Shown in pieces: positions 1 to 9,903 of a DNA stretch of 64,000 nt; within the stretch, counting starts at the first letter, position 1, and each line of letters begins with the position of its first letter. The notes under the pieces are model-generated. The model was given only the letters and a program-made list of their open reading frames with translations, was not told the origin of the DNA and did not search any database. A program made the position numbers and the translations under genes. Source of the stretch: Bacillota bacterium (lineage in GTDB: Bacteria; Bacillota; Ch66; Ch109); the NCBI GenBank assembly GCA_050952625.1, contig JBMNLH010000001.1:288001-352000 (forward strand), read 5' to 3'.

Positions 1-1
1 A

Positions 2-346
2 CCGGATTCCCGCGAGATGGCCGTTCAAATGTTATCGCGTCTTAGTGGACAACAACATCAAGTGCTGACCGGGGTGGCCTTGGTCGATAGCCAAAGCGGA
101 CAAGCGTTAAGCGAGGTCGAATCGACTTTGGTCCAGTTTCGAACCTTGACTTTAGAAGAAATCACCGCCTATGTCAAGACGGGTGAACCGCTGGATAAGG
201 CCGGAGCTTACGGCATTCAAGAAAAAGGAGCAATCCTGGTCGAGCGAATTGAAGGCTGTTATTTCAATGTGGTTGGTTTGCCGCTGGCCCGGCTGGTCCG
301 GATGTTAAAGGAGATGGGCGTTGAGGTTCATCAGAGTTGGCACTAA
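2..346 (+). CDS. maf: Maf family nucleotide pyrophosphatase, 5'-truncated by the window edge
   Basis: C-terminal Maf motifs EPLDKAGAYGIQ and GCYFNVVGLP; conserved position before radC-mreB. Confidence 0.93.
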   Translation, partial: PDSREMAVQMLSRLSGQQHQVLTGVALVDSQSGQALSEVESTLVQFRTLTLEEITAYVKTGEPLDKAGAYGIQEKGAILVERIEGCYFNVVGLPLARLVRMLKEMGVEVHQSWH

Positions 347-449
347 TTACAAGCTCGGGCTTTAACTCGTAATTTTTGATGTTCTGATAGTGCTGTCAAG
401 CAGGATAGAGGTCTACTCTAAAATACTCTCGGTCGGAGGATCCCCGTTA

Positions 450-1151
450 ATGCTGAAAGATACCGAATACCATTATACTATTAAGGACCTGCCGGCAGAC
501 AGTCGACCGCGCGAACGCATAACTTTGCAGGGCGCAGCTTCGTTATCCAATACAGAACTACTAGCAATCTTGTTGCGGACCGGCACTCCGGAATACACTG
601 CTTTGGAGTTAGCCGGCCAGATTTTGGCGCATCCCGGGGGACTACGTTACTTAGCGGAAGCCACGCCAGAGGAATTAAGGCGACACAAAGGGATTGGACT
701 GGCTAAAGTGGCCCAAATCAAAGCTGCGCTTGAACTGGGGAAAAGATTAGTATCCCTGAGCCCGGAAGTGCGACCAGTGATTAAGTGCCCCGAAGATGTG
801 GCTCACTTAGTTATGGAAGAGATGCGTTTCCTGGATCGAGAACACTTTCGGGCCTTGTGTTTGAATACTAAAAATCAGGTGTTAGGGGTAGAGACAATTT
901 CGATCGGGAGTCTTAGTTCTTCTTTGGTGCATCCTCGGGAACTTTTTAAGACTGCGATTGGGAAAAGTGCGGCTAATCTGATTTTGGTGCATAACCACCC
1001 CAGTGGCGACCCAACGCCCAGCCGGGAAGATATTGAGGTAACCCGGCGATTAGTGGAGGTAGGTAAGTTAATTGGCATTGAGGTACTTGACCATGTAGTG
1101 ATCGGTGATACCCGGTTTGTCAGTTTAAAAGAGCAGGCACTGATCCCTTAA
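450..1151 (+). CDS. radC: RadC (JAB domain) protein
   Basis: RPRER, ELLAILL, HPRELF and HNHPSGDPTPSREDI motifs; start moved to ATG 450 after GGAGGA. Confidence 0.93.
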   Translation: MLKDTEYHYTIKDLPADSRPRERITLQGAASLSNTELLAILLRTGTPEYTALELAGQILAHPGGLRYLAEATPEELRRHKGIGLAKVAQIKAALELGKRLVSLSPEVRPVIKCPEDVAHLVMEEMRFLDREHFRALCLNTKNQVLGVETISIGSLSSSLVHPRELFKTAIGKSAANLILVHNHPSGDPTPSREDIEVTRRLVEVGKLIGIEVLDHVVIGDTRFVSLKEQALIP

Positions 1152-1256
1152 TCGGTAATTTGATGGTTTATATTTCTAGCACAGCGGGAGTGGCTAAGCA
1201 TTGATAGTTTTGTACCAGTTCCTATATAATTAGGCTTTAGGAAGGGGTATTATAAT

Positions 1257-2279
1257 ATGCTTTTTGCAAAAGATCTGGGTATCGATTTGGGTACTGCCAA
1301 TACTTTGGTACATCTAAAAGGGAAAGGAATTGTCGTGCGGGAGCCATCCGTGGTGGCCATTCAGCGTGATACCAAACAAGTGCTGGCAGTTGGTGAAGAA
1401 GCCAAAGAAATGATTGGCCGAACACCAGGCAATATTATTGCCATTCGTCCCATGAAAGATGGAGTTATCGCTGATTTTGATACGACACAGGCCATGTTAA
1501 GGCATTTTATCACCAAGGTTTTGAAGCGGCATAGCTTCCTGGTTCGGCCCAGGGTAATCATTAGTGTTCCTTCCGGGGTAACCGCCGTTGAAGAGCGAGC
1601 CGTTAGAGAAGCAGCTATGTCGGCCAGTGCCAAAGAGGCTTATTTAATTGAGGAGCCCATGGCGGCGGCTATTGGGGCTGGTCTGCCAGTCCATGAACCG
1701 ACGGGTAACATGATCGTCGATATTGGCGGAGGCACAACTGAGGTGGCCGTGATCTCTCTGGGGGGGATTGTTAACAGCAAGTCGATTCGGACCGCCGGTG
1801 ATGAGATGGACGATTCGATTATTCAACATTTGAAAAAATACTATAATTTACTGATCGGGGAACGAACCGCGGAGTCCATAAAAATTCAAATCGGATCAGC
1901 AATTTGGGATGGTCAGCCAGCTGATTATGAGGTGCGGGGACGGGATCTTGTCTCTGGCTTGCCGAAGACGGTTAGTGTAACCTCGGAAGAGATTCAGAAG
2001 GCTTTAGCTGATCCGGTCAATCAGATTGTGGACGGAATTAAGATTTGTCTGGAAAGGACACCGCCAGAACTGGCGGCTGACATTATGGATCGGGGGATAG
2101 TTTTGGCTGGAGGCGGCTCTTTGCTAAAAGGATTAGATAGCCTTGTTAGTGAGGAGACCGGCATGCCGGTCCATATTGCCGAGGAGGCTTTATCTGCAGT
2201 AGCCCTGGGAACCGGCAAAGTCCTTGAAAACATTGAAGTGTTAAAGCGGGTCCTTATTTCGCCCAAAAAGTTTTCCTAA
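1257..2279 (+). CDS. mreB: Rod shape-determining actin MreB
   Basis: [21 protein letters not shown] and DIGGGTTE motifs. Confidence 0.97.
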   Translation: MLFAKDLGIDLGTANTLVHLKGKGIVVREPSVVAIQRDTKQVLAVGEEAKEMIGRTPGNIIAIRPMKDGVIADFDTTQAMLRHFITKVLKRHSFLVRPRVIISVPSGVTAVEERAVREAAMSASAKEAYLIEEPMAAAIGAGLPVHEPTGNMIVDIGGGTTEVAVISLGGIVNSKSIRTAGDEMDDSIIQHLKKYYNLLIGERTAESIKIQIGSAIWDGQPADYEVRGRDLVSGLPKTVSVTSEEIQKALADPVNQIVDGIKICLERTPPELAADIMDRGIVLAGGGSLLKGLDSLVSEETGMPVHIAEEALSAVALGTGKVLENIEVLKRVLISPKKFS

Positions 2280-2303
2280 AATGATTTGAGATGTTGGGGG
2301 TGG

Positions 2304-3158
2304 ATGGTCTTGCCCCGATGGTTTTCCCGCTCCATTCTGGGAACAGTTGTTGTTGTGGTAATCATAATGCTGATAATGCGGGTTACGTCTGTCGAAAGGA
2401 CCGGGCTTACAGCACTGGAAAGAGCGATTCGGGATGGATTTGCTCCAATTCAGGGTGGATTAACTATCTTTATGGATGGAGTTCGCGGGATTACGGGGTA
2501 TTTTGACGAAGTAGATCGTCTCATAGCCGATAATGATAATTTGCGGCAACAAATTAGTATGTTGCAGTGGGAGAATAACCAGTTGCTTGAAGCCAAGCAA
2601 GAGGTTGTCCGACTGCAGGGTTTGCTGGCCTTTAAGGAGGAAAACCCTCAGTATGAATTATTAAGTGCTTCCGTAATTGCGCGCAGTCCAAGTAATTGGT
2701 ACAGTAATTTAGTTTTAAATCGAGGGACCGATGATGGAGTAGCGAAAAATATGGTAGTGATTACTCCTGAAGGGCTCATTGGTCGGGTCATGACTGTTAG
2801 CCGTCATAGTGCTGAGGTTCTGCTAATCACCGACCGGGAAGGACCGGTAGGTTCTGTGGTGTTGCTTCAGGATAGTCGTATCCCTGGTATTGTTGAGGGT
2901 GTAGGCGATGGGACAGACACCCTGATTATGAAGCATATTCCTTACGACGCTCTGGTAGAGCCTGGTCAGTATGTGGTAACCTCTGGTCTGGGAGATATTT
3001 TTCCGACTGGCATTCGAATTGGACAGGTATCAATGGTTGATCGTGAGGCTGAGCCTAGTGGCTTGCAGAAATATGCCATTATCGAACCAAGCGTAGACTT
3101 TGATCGATTGGAAGAGGTATTTATAATTTTAAACGGTGCTCCAGTTGTTAGTGAATAA
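2304..3158 (+). CDS. mreC: Rod shape-determining protein MreC
   Basis: N-terminal TM helix, coiled coil, GLIGRV and VVTSGLGDIFP motifs; follows mreB. Start approximate (2304 or 2310). Confidence 0.93.
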   Translation: MVLPRWFSRSILGTVVVVVIIMLIMRVTSVERTGLTALERAIRDGFAPIQGGLTIFMDGVRGITGYFDEVDRLIADNDNLRQQISMLQWENNQLLEAKQEVVRLQGLLAFKEENPQYELLSASVIARSPSNWYSNLVLNRGTDDGVAKNMVVITPEGLIGRVMTVSRHSAEVLLITDREGPVGSVVLLQDSRIPGIVEGVGDGTDTLIMKHIPYDALVEPGQYVVTSGLGDIFPTGIRIGQVSMVDREAEPSGLQKYAIIEPSVDFDRLEEVFIILNGAPVVSE

Positions 3159-3184
3159 CATGGTAAGATTAGGAGATTCAAATT

Positions 3185-3676
3185 GTGCGCCGATATGGAA
3201 TCATCGCCTTATTATTGTTAGGCAGTTTATTGCTTCAGTCAACGTTGATAGGCGTACTCCCACTTAAAATTAAACCAGATCTAGTCTTGATCCTGGTGAT
3301 TTTTTTTGCGTTGTTCAACGGAGTGCGGGGTGGAACAGTCTTTGGGGCGGTAGCCGGATTGTTGCAGGATTTGCTCCGGGGAAGATTAGTTGGCATGAAC
3401 TTGCTAGCTTTAGCCATTACCGGTTACCTTACCGGGTGGTTAGCTAACAAAGTCTTTAAAGAAAATATTTTTGTTCCCCTGGTGGTTGTTTTTGTGTTTA
3501 CTATATTGCACGGTTTGTTAATGGTGCTGTTTACTAAGTTTGCCGGCATTGACTTTTCCTGCTTCACTGCCTTGCGCATCGGCCTGATCGAAGCTTTGTA
3601 TAATACATTTTTAGTTCCTCTGTTTTATGGTAAATTTCTTATTTCTAGTACGCGAGGTAGCCTTAAGCCTGATTAA
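3185..3676 (+). CDS. mreD: Rod shape-determining protein MreD
   Basis: Hydrophobic 163 aa with KPDLVL and GLLQD motifs; operon position. Confidence 0.92.
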   Translation: MRRYGIIALLLLGSLLLQSTLIGVLPLKIKPDLVLILVIFFALFNGVRGGTVFGAVAGLLQDLLRGRLVGMNLLALAITGYLTGWLANKVFKENIFVPLVVVFVFTILHGLLMVLFTKFAGIDFSCFTALRIGLIEALYNTFLVPLFYGKFLISSTRGSLKPD

Positions 3677-3679
3677 GCG

Positions 3680-3890
3680 AAACATAAAATATGAAACGAA
3701 AAATGTAAACGAGAAACACAAAATAAAAACGTGAAACGAAAAACACAAAGCGTAAAACAAAAAACGCAAAAGTGAACGCAAAACGTAAAACCCGATTATA
3801 GACCTTTACGCCTTACCCCTTACACCTCACACCTCACGTTTTACGACTTGCGTCTAACATCCAACGTCCAATGTCCAATGTCTAACATCT
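3680..3890. repeat. Degenerate heptamer tandem arrays (AAACGYR, CCTYACR, YRTCYAA)
   Basis: Visible 7-nt periodicity, e.g. ccttacg/ccttacc/ccttaca/cctcaca/cctcacg and cgtctaa/catccaa/cgtccaa/tgtccaa/tgtctaa. Confidence 0.75.
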
Positions 3891-3905
3891 AGACAGGGTG
3901 GTAAT

Positions 3906-6242
3906 ATGAAAACCAAGCAAGTGGAAGATCGCCTAAGAATTTACTGGCTAATCGTCGTCGGCATCTTTGTGATCATTTTGGTGCGGTTGTTTATGCTGCA
4001 GGTCGTTGAGGCCAGTGCTTACCGCACCCAATCCGAGGAGAACCGGGTTCGGATAATTCCCATCCAAGCCCCACGTGGCGAAATATTAGACCGTAATGGA
4101 GTTGTGTTGGCTAAAAACAAACAAGTCTTTTCAGTTACCTTGGACCAAAGCGGGGGAACTATCCCCGATGCAGTGATCAATCGGCTAGCGGAAATACTAG
4201 GATTAACCTATCCAGAGATAACGCCGGCTTCAATTCAAGAACAGATTAAGCAACATCAAGGACGTCGGTACGAACCGATCTTAATTAAGCGGGACATTGA
4301 TATGACCATGATTACCCGGCTTGAAGAAGCCCGGCGTGATTTACCCGGCGTAAATATCGAAGTTGAACCAATTCGGGACTATCCCTTATCTCAGGAGAAT
4401 GGCGGCCCTTTAGCCGGTCATTTGTTGGGATTTGTCCGCGAAATCAATGCGGATGAATTAAATCAACGCAACCAGCAAGCTGAAGAGGGTGGTTATTACC
4501 AACCGGGCGACCTGATTGGCAAAGATGGTCTGGAAAAGGTTTACGAAGAATACCTTCGAGGCTTAGACGGTGCCCGTCAGGTTGAGGTTAATACCTATAA
4601 TCGGCCAATTTCCGAATTGACGACAGTATCGGCTACGCCCGGGAATAGCCTGGTCCTTACTCTGGATGCCAAATTGCAGCAGACTCTGGAAAACAGTCTG
4701 GATGAGACTTTACTGGCGATGCAACAGCAGGGGAAGGAAAAGGCTAAGGCTGGGGCGGCGGTCGTGATTGACGTTAAGACCGGGGCTATTTTAGCGATGG
4801 CCAGTCGGCCTTACCTGAACCCCAATGATTTTGTCGGTTCGATGTCCCAAGACATGGTTGATTTTTATTACCGTTCGCAACCCGCTGCGGCGATTAACCG
4901 AGCAATTGCGGGTGTGTATCCACCCGGGTCAACTTTTAAACCGATTACGGCGCTGGCCGCTTTGGAATCACAGGCCGTAAAACCGCAGCAAAGATTGATT
5001 AGCTGTGCCGGGTATTATCCGGTGAAACCATTTATTGGCTGTACCGGTGCCCACGGACCAATGAACCTTTATACGGGAATGGCAAAATCATGCAATACCT
5101 ATTTCCAAGAGGCCGGCCGGCTGGCCGGACCGGAACGGATGGTGATGGTTGGCCAGCAATTTGGTTTGGGGGGCCGGACCGGGATTGATCTGCCGGGTGA
5201 ATCCCAGGGGTTATTACCTAATCCGCAATGGAAAAGGGAGTTAAATGCCGCTATTCTAGAAAAACGGTATCAAAAACGTTTCGAGGAACTGGAACAAAAA
5301 TACGCCGACCTGCTGGCCCAAGCGCCGGATGAGAAGACGTATAACGACTTGTTAAAAAAGAAGGAACGAGAACGAAAGCAGCAGCAAGCTCTTTACGACA
5401 TTGACTATCGCTTTGCGACCTCCTGGCAACCTTATGATACCTTTAATATGTCAATTGGTCAGGGCAATAATAACTATACCCCCCTGCAGCTGGCCAATTA
5501 TGTGGCTACCCTGGCTAATGGCGGGCAGCATTATAAGCCCTATCTAGTGGACCGCATTGTCTCTCCGCAAGGGAAAACTGTTCGGCAGTTTGGACCGACT
5601 CTCTTGAATCAGGTAGCGATTTCCCCGGAGAATCTAGATGCGGTAAAAACAGCAATGGCCGCGGTTATGCAACCAGGAGGGACTGCTTGGTCGCTTTTCC
5701 GTGATTTTCCAGACACGATTCAGGTAGCCGGTAAAACTGGCACTGCTCAAACCGGGCGGCTGGGCGATGATAAAAACAAAGATTTTCACGGCGTATTTGT
5801 TGCTTTTGCCCCGGTAGATAATCCTCAGATTGCTTTTGCCGGGATAGTCGAGTACGGCGGACATGGCAGTACTTCATCCGGTTATGTTTGCCGAGCGGTA
5901 TTTCAAGAATACTTTGGCCTGAATCAGCAGCCAGAAACAGGGGTGCCGGTCAATCGAGAAGTAACTTTGCCAGAGGATCGGTCACCGGTGGAGATTGATT
6001 CTCCTGGAACTGAATCAGATAATCAATCAGCAAACGATGTAAATAGCGAATCACAAAACGAGTCGGAAAACGACCGGCCGAACGAATCAGAAGACGAATC
6101 CGACATACAGAATGAAGTCGAAAACGAGCCGGAAAAACCATCGCCCGGTTCAACTGACGACGAGACCGGTGAATCATCAAGTAACTCAGCGGACCAGGCG
6201 GACTCAAAACCACCTTCCTCTGGATCTGAAACCGGGCCGTAA
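3906..6242 (+). CDS. mrdA: Class B penicillin-binding protein 2
   Basis: PRGEILDRNG, PGSTFK (SxxK), SCN (SxN) and KTGTAQ motifs; lies between mreD and minC. Confidence 0.95.
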   Translation: MKTKQVEDRLRIYWLIVVGIFVIILVRLFMLQVVEASAYRTQSEENRVRIIPIQAPRGEILDRNGVVLAKNKQVFSVTLDQSGGTIPDAVINRLAEILGLTYPEITPASIQEQIKQHQGRRYEPILIKRDIDMTMITRLEEARRDLPGVNIEVEPIRDYPLSQENGGPLAGHLLGFVREINADELNQRNQQAEEGGYYQPGDLIGKDGLEKVYEEYLRGLDGARQVEVNTYNRPISELTTVSATPGNSLVLTLDAKLQQTLENSLDETLLAMQQQGKEKAKAGAAVVIDVKTGAILAMASRPYLNPNDFVGSMSQDMVDFYYRSQPAAAINRAIAGVYPPGSTFKPITALAALESQAVKPQQRLISCAGYYPVKPFIGCTGAHGPMNLYTGMAKSCNTYFQEAGRLAGPERMVMVGQQFGLGGRTGIDLPGESQGLLPNPQWKRELNAAILEKRYQKRFEELEQKYADLLAQAPDEKTYNDLLKKKERERKQQQALYDIDYRFATSWQPYDTFNMSIGQGNNNYTPLQLANYVATLANGGQHYKPYLVDRIVSPQGKTVRQFGPTLLNQVAISPENLDAVKTAMAAVMQPGGTAWSLFRDFPDTIQVAGKTGTAQTGRLGDDKNKDFHGVFVAFAPVDNPQIAFAGIVEYGGHGSTSSGYVCRAVFQEYFGLNQQPETGVPVNREVTLPEDRSPVEIDSPGTESDNQSANDVNSESQNESENDRPNESEDESDIQNEVENEPEKPSPGSTDDETGESSSNSADQADSKPPSSGSETGP

Positions 6243-6342
6243 TCGGGGGCGAGCCGTTGGTCCTGAGACCTGAAAATGCTGAAAAATGAAGATTGATTAA
6301 GAAATTGCGAGGAAAAAAGCCCTCGTTTTTTCTTTGGAAATG

Positions 6343-6369
6343 GAAGGAATTAAAGAGTAAATGTAGAAT
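6343..6369 (+). promoter_or_regulatory. Putative sigma-H promoter upstream of minC
   Basis: AGGA(6345-6348)-17 nt-GAAT(6366-6369) matches the sigma-H consensus; minCD has a sigma-H promoter in B. subtilis. Confidence 0.55.
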
Positions 6370-6423
6370 TTGTACTCACGGAACGGTGAATTGCAATTTG
6401 AATTTGGGGGTTGCTGGCAGTCC

Positions 6424-7437
6424 ATGAAGAAGGAGGACATCGTAATCAAGGGAACCAAGCAGGGTATCGTGGTTTCTCTGGATAGTTCTTCAGGATTAGA
6501 GGAACTATTAGGTGAACTGCGAATTCGTTTACAGGATTCTAAGATTAAAGATTTACACGATGGCGGACAAGTTATTCTGGATTTGGGTAGTAGGGATGTC
6601 TCACAGGTAGATTTTTCAACACTTGAATCAATAATTTCAGAAAACGGTCTATTCTTAAAACGGATAATTTCTCGTCCGGATCTACCGACTACCCAATTGG
6701 ACACCAGAAACACTGCCAAAACAAAAACTGGTTCCTCGGGAGGCAAGAATAGTAAGGCGAAGAGTGCTTCTAAAAAGGACCAGGCCAAAGGAAATTCTAG
6801 CTCGCGAAAAGGGACTTCCGTAGCGGAGGTGATTCAGATAAATAGCTCGGTTAATAAGTCGAAGCCTGAAGAGAATTTATCTGGGCCACCGCTGCAGACG
6901 CCGGCGGATAGTAATATGCCAGATCTTCTCGATCTTTCAGACTTTTCCGGGCATGCGGAATCAGCGGCAGCTATAGAACAAGACACGGCAACAACGCAGC
7001 GGGAGAAAAACGAGGGGTTGGTAAATGGCGATAACTTTTCGGTAGATAGTACGACCGAGTCTAGAGGACCTAAAGAAGAAGTAAGGGATATTTTTAGGCA
7101 GGCGATTAACCAGCCGGATACCGTCTTGGTTCAGCGATCACTGCGATCTGGCCAAAGTATTCAGTATCCCGGTAATGTTGTCGTCATGGGTGATGTTAAC
7201 CCAGGGGCTGAAGTAATTGCGAGCGGCAACATTGTGGTTATGGGGTCGTTTCGGGGAGTCGCCCATGCTGGGGCAACCGGGGATGAATCGGCGACAATTA
7301 CCGCTTTTCGACTCAGACCAACTCAGCTTAGGATTGCCGGTCATATTACCCGTCCCCCGGATGGTGAACCGGCTGGACCAGATGTTCCCGAGACCGCTCG
7401 AATTCGGGACGGGATTGTGGTCATTGAAAGATATTAA
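6424..7437 (+). CDS. minC: Septum site-determining protein MinC with long internal linker
   Basis: IVIKGTKQG N-terminus; C-terminal beta-helix SLRSGQ...GDVNPGAEV...GVAHAG; start ATG 6424. Confidence 0.93.
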   Translation: MKKEDIVIKGTKQGIVVSLDSSSGLEELLGELRIRLQDSKIKDLHDGGQVILDLGSRDVSQVDFSTLESIISENGLFLKRIISRPDLPTTQLDTRNTAKTKTGSSGGKNSKAKSASKKDQAKGNSSSRKGTSVAEVIQINSSVNKSKPEENLSGPPLQTPADSNMPDLLDLSDFSGHAESAAAIEQDTATTQREKNEGLVNGDNFSVDSTTESRGPKEEVRDIFRQAINQPDTVLVQRSLRSGQSIQYPGNVVVMGDVNPGAEVIASGNIVVMGSFRGVAHAGATGDESATITAFRLRPTQLRIAGHITRPPDGEPAGPDVPETARIRDGIVVIERY

Positions 7438-7466
7438 GTCTTAGAAAGCATTGAGGAGGAAACAGA

Positions 7467-8267
7467 ATGGGAGAAGTTGTGGTCATTACTTCTGGTAAAG
7501 GAGGAGTGGGGAAGACCACTGCAACTGCCAACATTGGGACGGCTTTAGCAATGATGGGAAAAAAAGTGGCCCTAGTTGATACAGATATCGGCTTACGCAA
7601 ACTTGATTTGGTGTTGGGGTTGGAAAATCGGATTGTTTTCCATTTGGTCGATGTTACCAGTGGAAACTGTCGACTAAAGCAAGCATTAATCCGGGACAAG
7701 CGTCTGGATGGGTTATATTTTCTACCAGCAGCCCAGACTCGCGATAAAACCGCGGTAATTCCAGAACAGATGCAGGAATTATGTCTAGAACTAAAACGCG
7801 AGTTTGATTATGTGTTAATTGATTGCCCGGCCGGCATTGAACAAGGTTTTAAAAACGCCGTCGCTGGTGCTGATCAGGCCTTAGTTGTTACCAATCCAGA
7901 AATTTCAGCGGTTCGAGACGCGGACCGAATTATTGGTCTGCTGGAATCATCTGAGATCAAAAATTCCCGTTTAATTGTCAACCGTATTCGGCCACAGATG
8001 GTCAAACGAGGGAATATGCTGGATGTAAATGACATTTTGGATAACCTAAGAATTGACCTGATTGGTATAGTGCCGGAGGATGAATCCATCCTTATCTCAA
8101 CTAATAAGGGAGAACCCGCGGTTTATAACTCCTCGTCTAAAGCAGGAGAGGCATTCCGTAATATCGCCAGGCGGTTAACCGGGGAGGAGATTCCTTTTTT
8201 GAATCTGGAAGCCAGCGAGGGCTGGGGTTGGATTAGACGGCTTTTCGGTCTTAGACACGCAAGATAA
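7467..8267 (+). CDS. minD: Septum site-determining ATPase MinD
   Basis: Deviant Walker A SGKGGVGKTT; DCPAGIEQGF; C-terminal amphipathic helix. Confidence 0.97.
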   Translation: MGEVVVITSGKGGVGKTTATANIGTALAMMGKKVALVDTDIGLRKLDLVLGLENRIVFHLVDVTSGNCRLKQALIRDKRLDGLYFLPAAQTRDKTAVIPEQMQELCLELKREFDYVLIDCPAGIEQGFKNAVAGADQALVVTNPEISAVRDADRIIGLLESSEIKNSRLIVNRIRPQMVKRGNMLDVNDILDNLRIDLIGIVPEDESILISTNKGEPAVYNSSSKAGEAFRNIARRLTGEEIPFLNLEASEGWGWIRRLFGLRHAR

Positions 8268-8303
8268 CCCTGGCTGACAGTATTCGAAAGGGGGGGAGGG
8301 TTC

Positions 8304-8603
8304 TTGCTTGAGTTTTTATTACGTTTTTTCGGAAGGGATTCAACTTCCAGCAGTAAGAATATCGCTAAGGAACGTTTGCGTTTGGTTTTAGTACATGACC
8401 GGATAAATGTATCACCTCAACTACTCGAATCCCTTAAGGAAGATCTGATTAGAGTTATCTCGCATTACATGGAGATTGATGAGAGTTCGCTGGAAGTAAG
8501 TCTAAACAACGTCGATGATAGTTCGGTCGCCTTGGTGGCCAATATTCCAGTTTTAAAAATGAAGCGAATTACCCGGGAATCCACGATGTATCAGGAAGGA
8601 TGA
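8304..8603 (+). CDS. minE: Cell division topological specificity factor MinE
   Basis: AKERLRLVLVHDR and LVANIP motifs. Confidence 0.95.
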   Translation: MLEFLLRFFGRDSTSSSKNIAKERLRLVLVHDRINVSPQLLESLKEDLIRVISHYMEIDESSLEVSLNNVDDSSVALVANIPVLKMKRITRESTMYQEG

Positions 8604-8680
8604 CTACTAGACTATCGGTCATCCCTGGTCTATAATTTAAGGGAATTAAAGTGGGGATATAGTCCGGGGGTAATAAAAAA

Positions 8681-9820
8681 TTGATTAGCCGTAAATTGTT
8701 AAAGAATCTAGACGTGCCCTTTATTATTGCGGTGGTACTTGTTCTAATCATGGGTATCCTGATTTTGAGCAGTGCCACCTTAAATGTTAATACAGACCAA
8801 TGGTTTTATGTAAAAAAACAAATAGTGGGGATTACCCTAGGCCTTATTTGCTTGAGTTTTGTACTAATTTTTGATTATGGGATATTCTTGCGTTATGCCA
8901 ACTACATCTATGGCTTTAATCTGTTTTTGTTAACCGCTGTTTTGGTAACTGGAAGAACTGCCAAGGGGGCGCAGTCCTGGCTTGACTTAGGCCCTCTTGG
9001 TGGTATTCAGCCCTCCGAGCTAGCCAAGGTTATGGTAATTATAACGCTAGCCGCTTTTTTGGTAAAACGCCAGGATAATCTAGATAGTTTGCGCGGTTTA
9101 ATCCCAGTCTTTGTCCATGTGGGAATTCCGCTAGTTTTAATCATGCTGGAGCCTGATTTAGGAACCTCCTTGGTGTTTATTGCCATCACTTTTGGGATGT
9201 TGTTTATTGCTGGGGCCCGGTCCAGCCTGCTTCTGAAGATTCTGGGAAGTGGTGCGCTGGTAATAGCCCTTGCTTTAATCGCCCACTTTAAGTTTGGCTT
9301 GCCTTTGCCGCTAGAGGATTACCAACTTAAGCGATTAATTGTCTTTATCAACCCTTACCTGGACGGACGTGGGGGCCGGGGAGCTGGCTGGCATGTTATC
9401 CAGTCCCTGGTGGCGGTTGGTTCCGGCGGATTTTGGGGAAAGGGTCTATTTAATGGTACCCAAGTGCAGGGCAACTTCCTGCCTGAACACCATACTGACT
9501 TTATTTTCTCAGTGGTCGGCGAAGAATTGGGCTTTATCGGAACAACCTTCTTGCTGGCTATCTACTTTACGCTACTATACCGGGCCATACGAATCGCCTT
9601 AAAAGCTCGGGATAGCTTTGGGACCTTGATTGCGATTGGCATAGCTTCAATGTGGGGTTTCCACATTCTTGAGAATGTCGGCATGTCGATTGGGATCATG
9701 CCGATCACCGGTATTCCCCTGCCCTTTCTAAGCTACGGAGGCAGTTCGATGCTGGCGAACCTGATTTCTGTAGGTCTCCTGCTTAACATTAACCTAAGAA
9801 GGGAAAAGATTCTTTTTTAG
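8681..9820 (+). CDS. rodA: SEDS family peptidoglycan polymerase RodA
   Basis: QPSELAK, EPDLGT, PEHHTDFIF and PFLSYGGSS motifs. Confidence 0.95.
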   Translation: MISRKLLKNLDVPFIIAVVLVLIMGILILSSATLNVNTDQWFYVKKQIVGITLGLICLSFVLIFDYGIFLRYANYIYGFNLFLLTAVLVTGRTAKGAQSWLDLGPLGGIQPSELAKVMVIITLAAFLVKRQDNLDSLRGLIPVFVHVGIPLVLIMLEPDLGTSLVFIAITFGMLFIAGARSSLLLKILGSGALVIALALIAHFKFGLPLPLEDYQLKRLIVFINPYLDGRGGRGAGWHVIQSLVAVGSGGFWGKGLFNGTQVQGNFLPEHHTDFIFSVVGEELGFIGTTFLLAIYFTLLYRAIRIALKARDSFGTLIAIGIASMWGFHILENVGMSIGIMPITGIPLPFLSYGGSSMLANLISVGLLLNINLRREKILF

Positions 9821-9903
9821 AGGTAATAATTCCCTCGTCGCTGACGTAATATTTACCAGGTATAAGCCGTCGTTGGTTTGGTGTTACGCAGCAGGAGGGT
9901 GTT

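Noticed and set aside
450-1151. radC as a mobile-element marker
   Set aside because: Full-length form in the canonical maf-radC-mreB context.
6297-6788. 163-aa antisense ORF, and similar shadow ORFs such as 13082-13519, 18004-18432 and 58521-59009
   Set aside because: They overlap well-supported genes on the opposite strand and have no recognisable motifs.
9824-9852. Sigma-E promoter for the spoIVFA-like gene
   Set aside because: Spacing fits but the -10 (CGTAATAT) has two mismatches; too weak to call.
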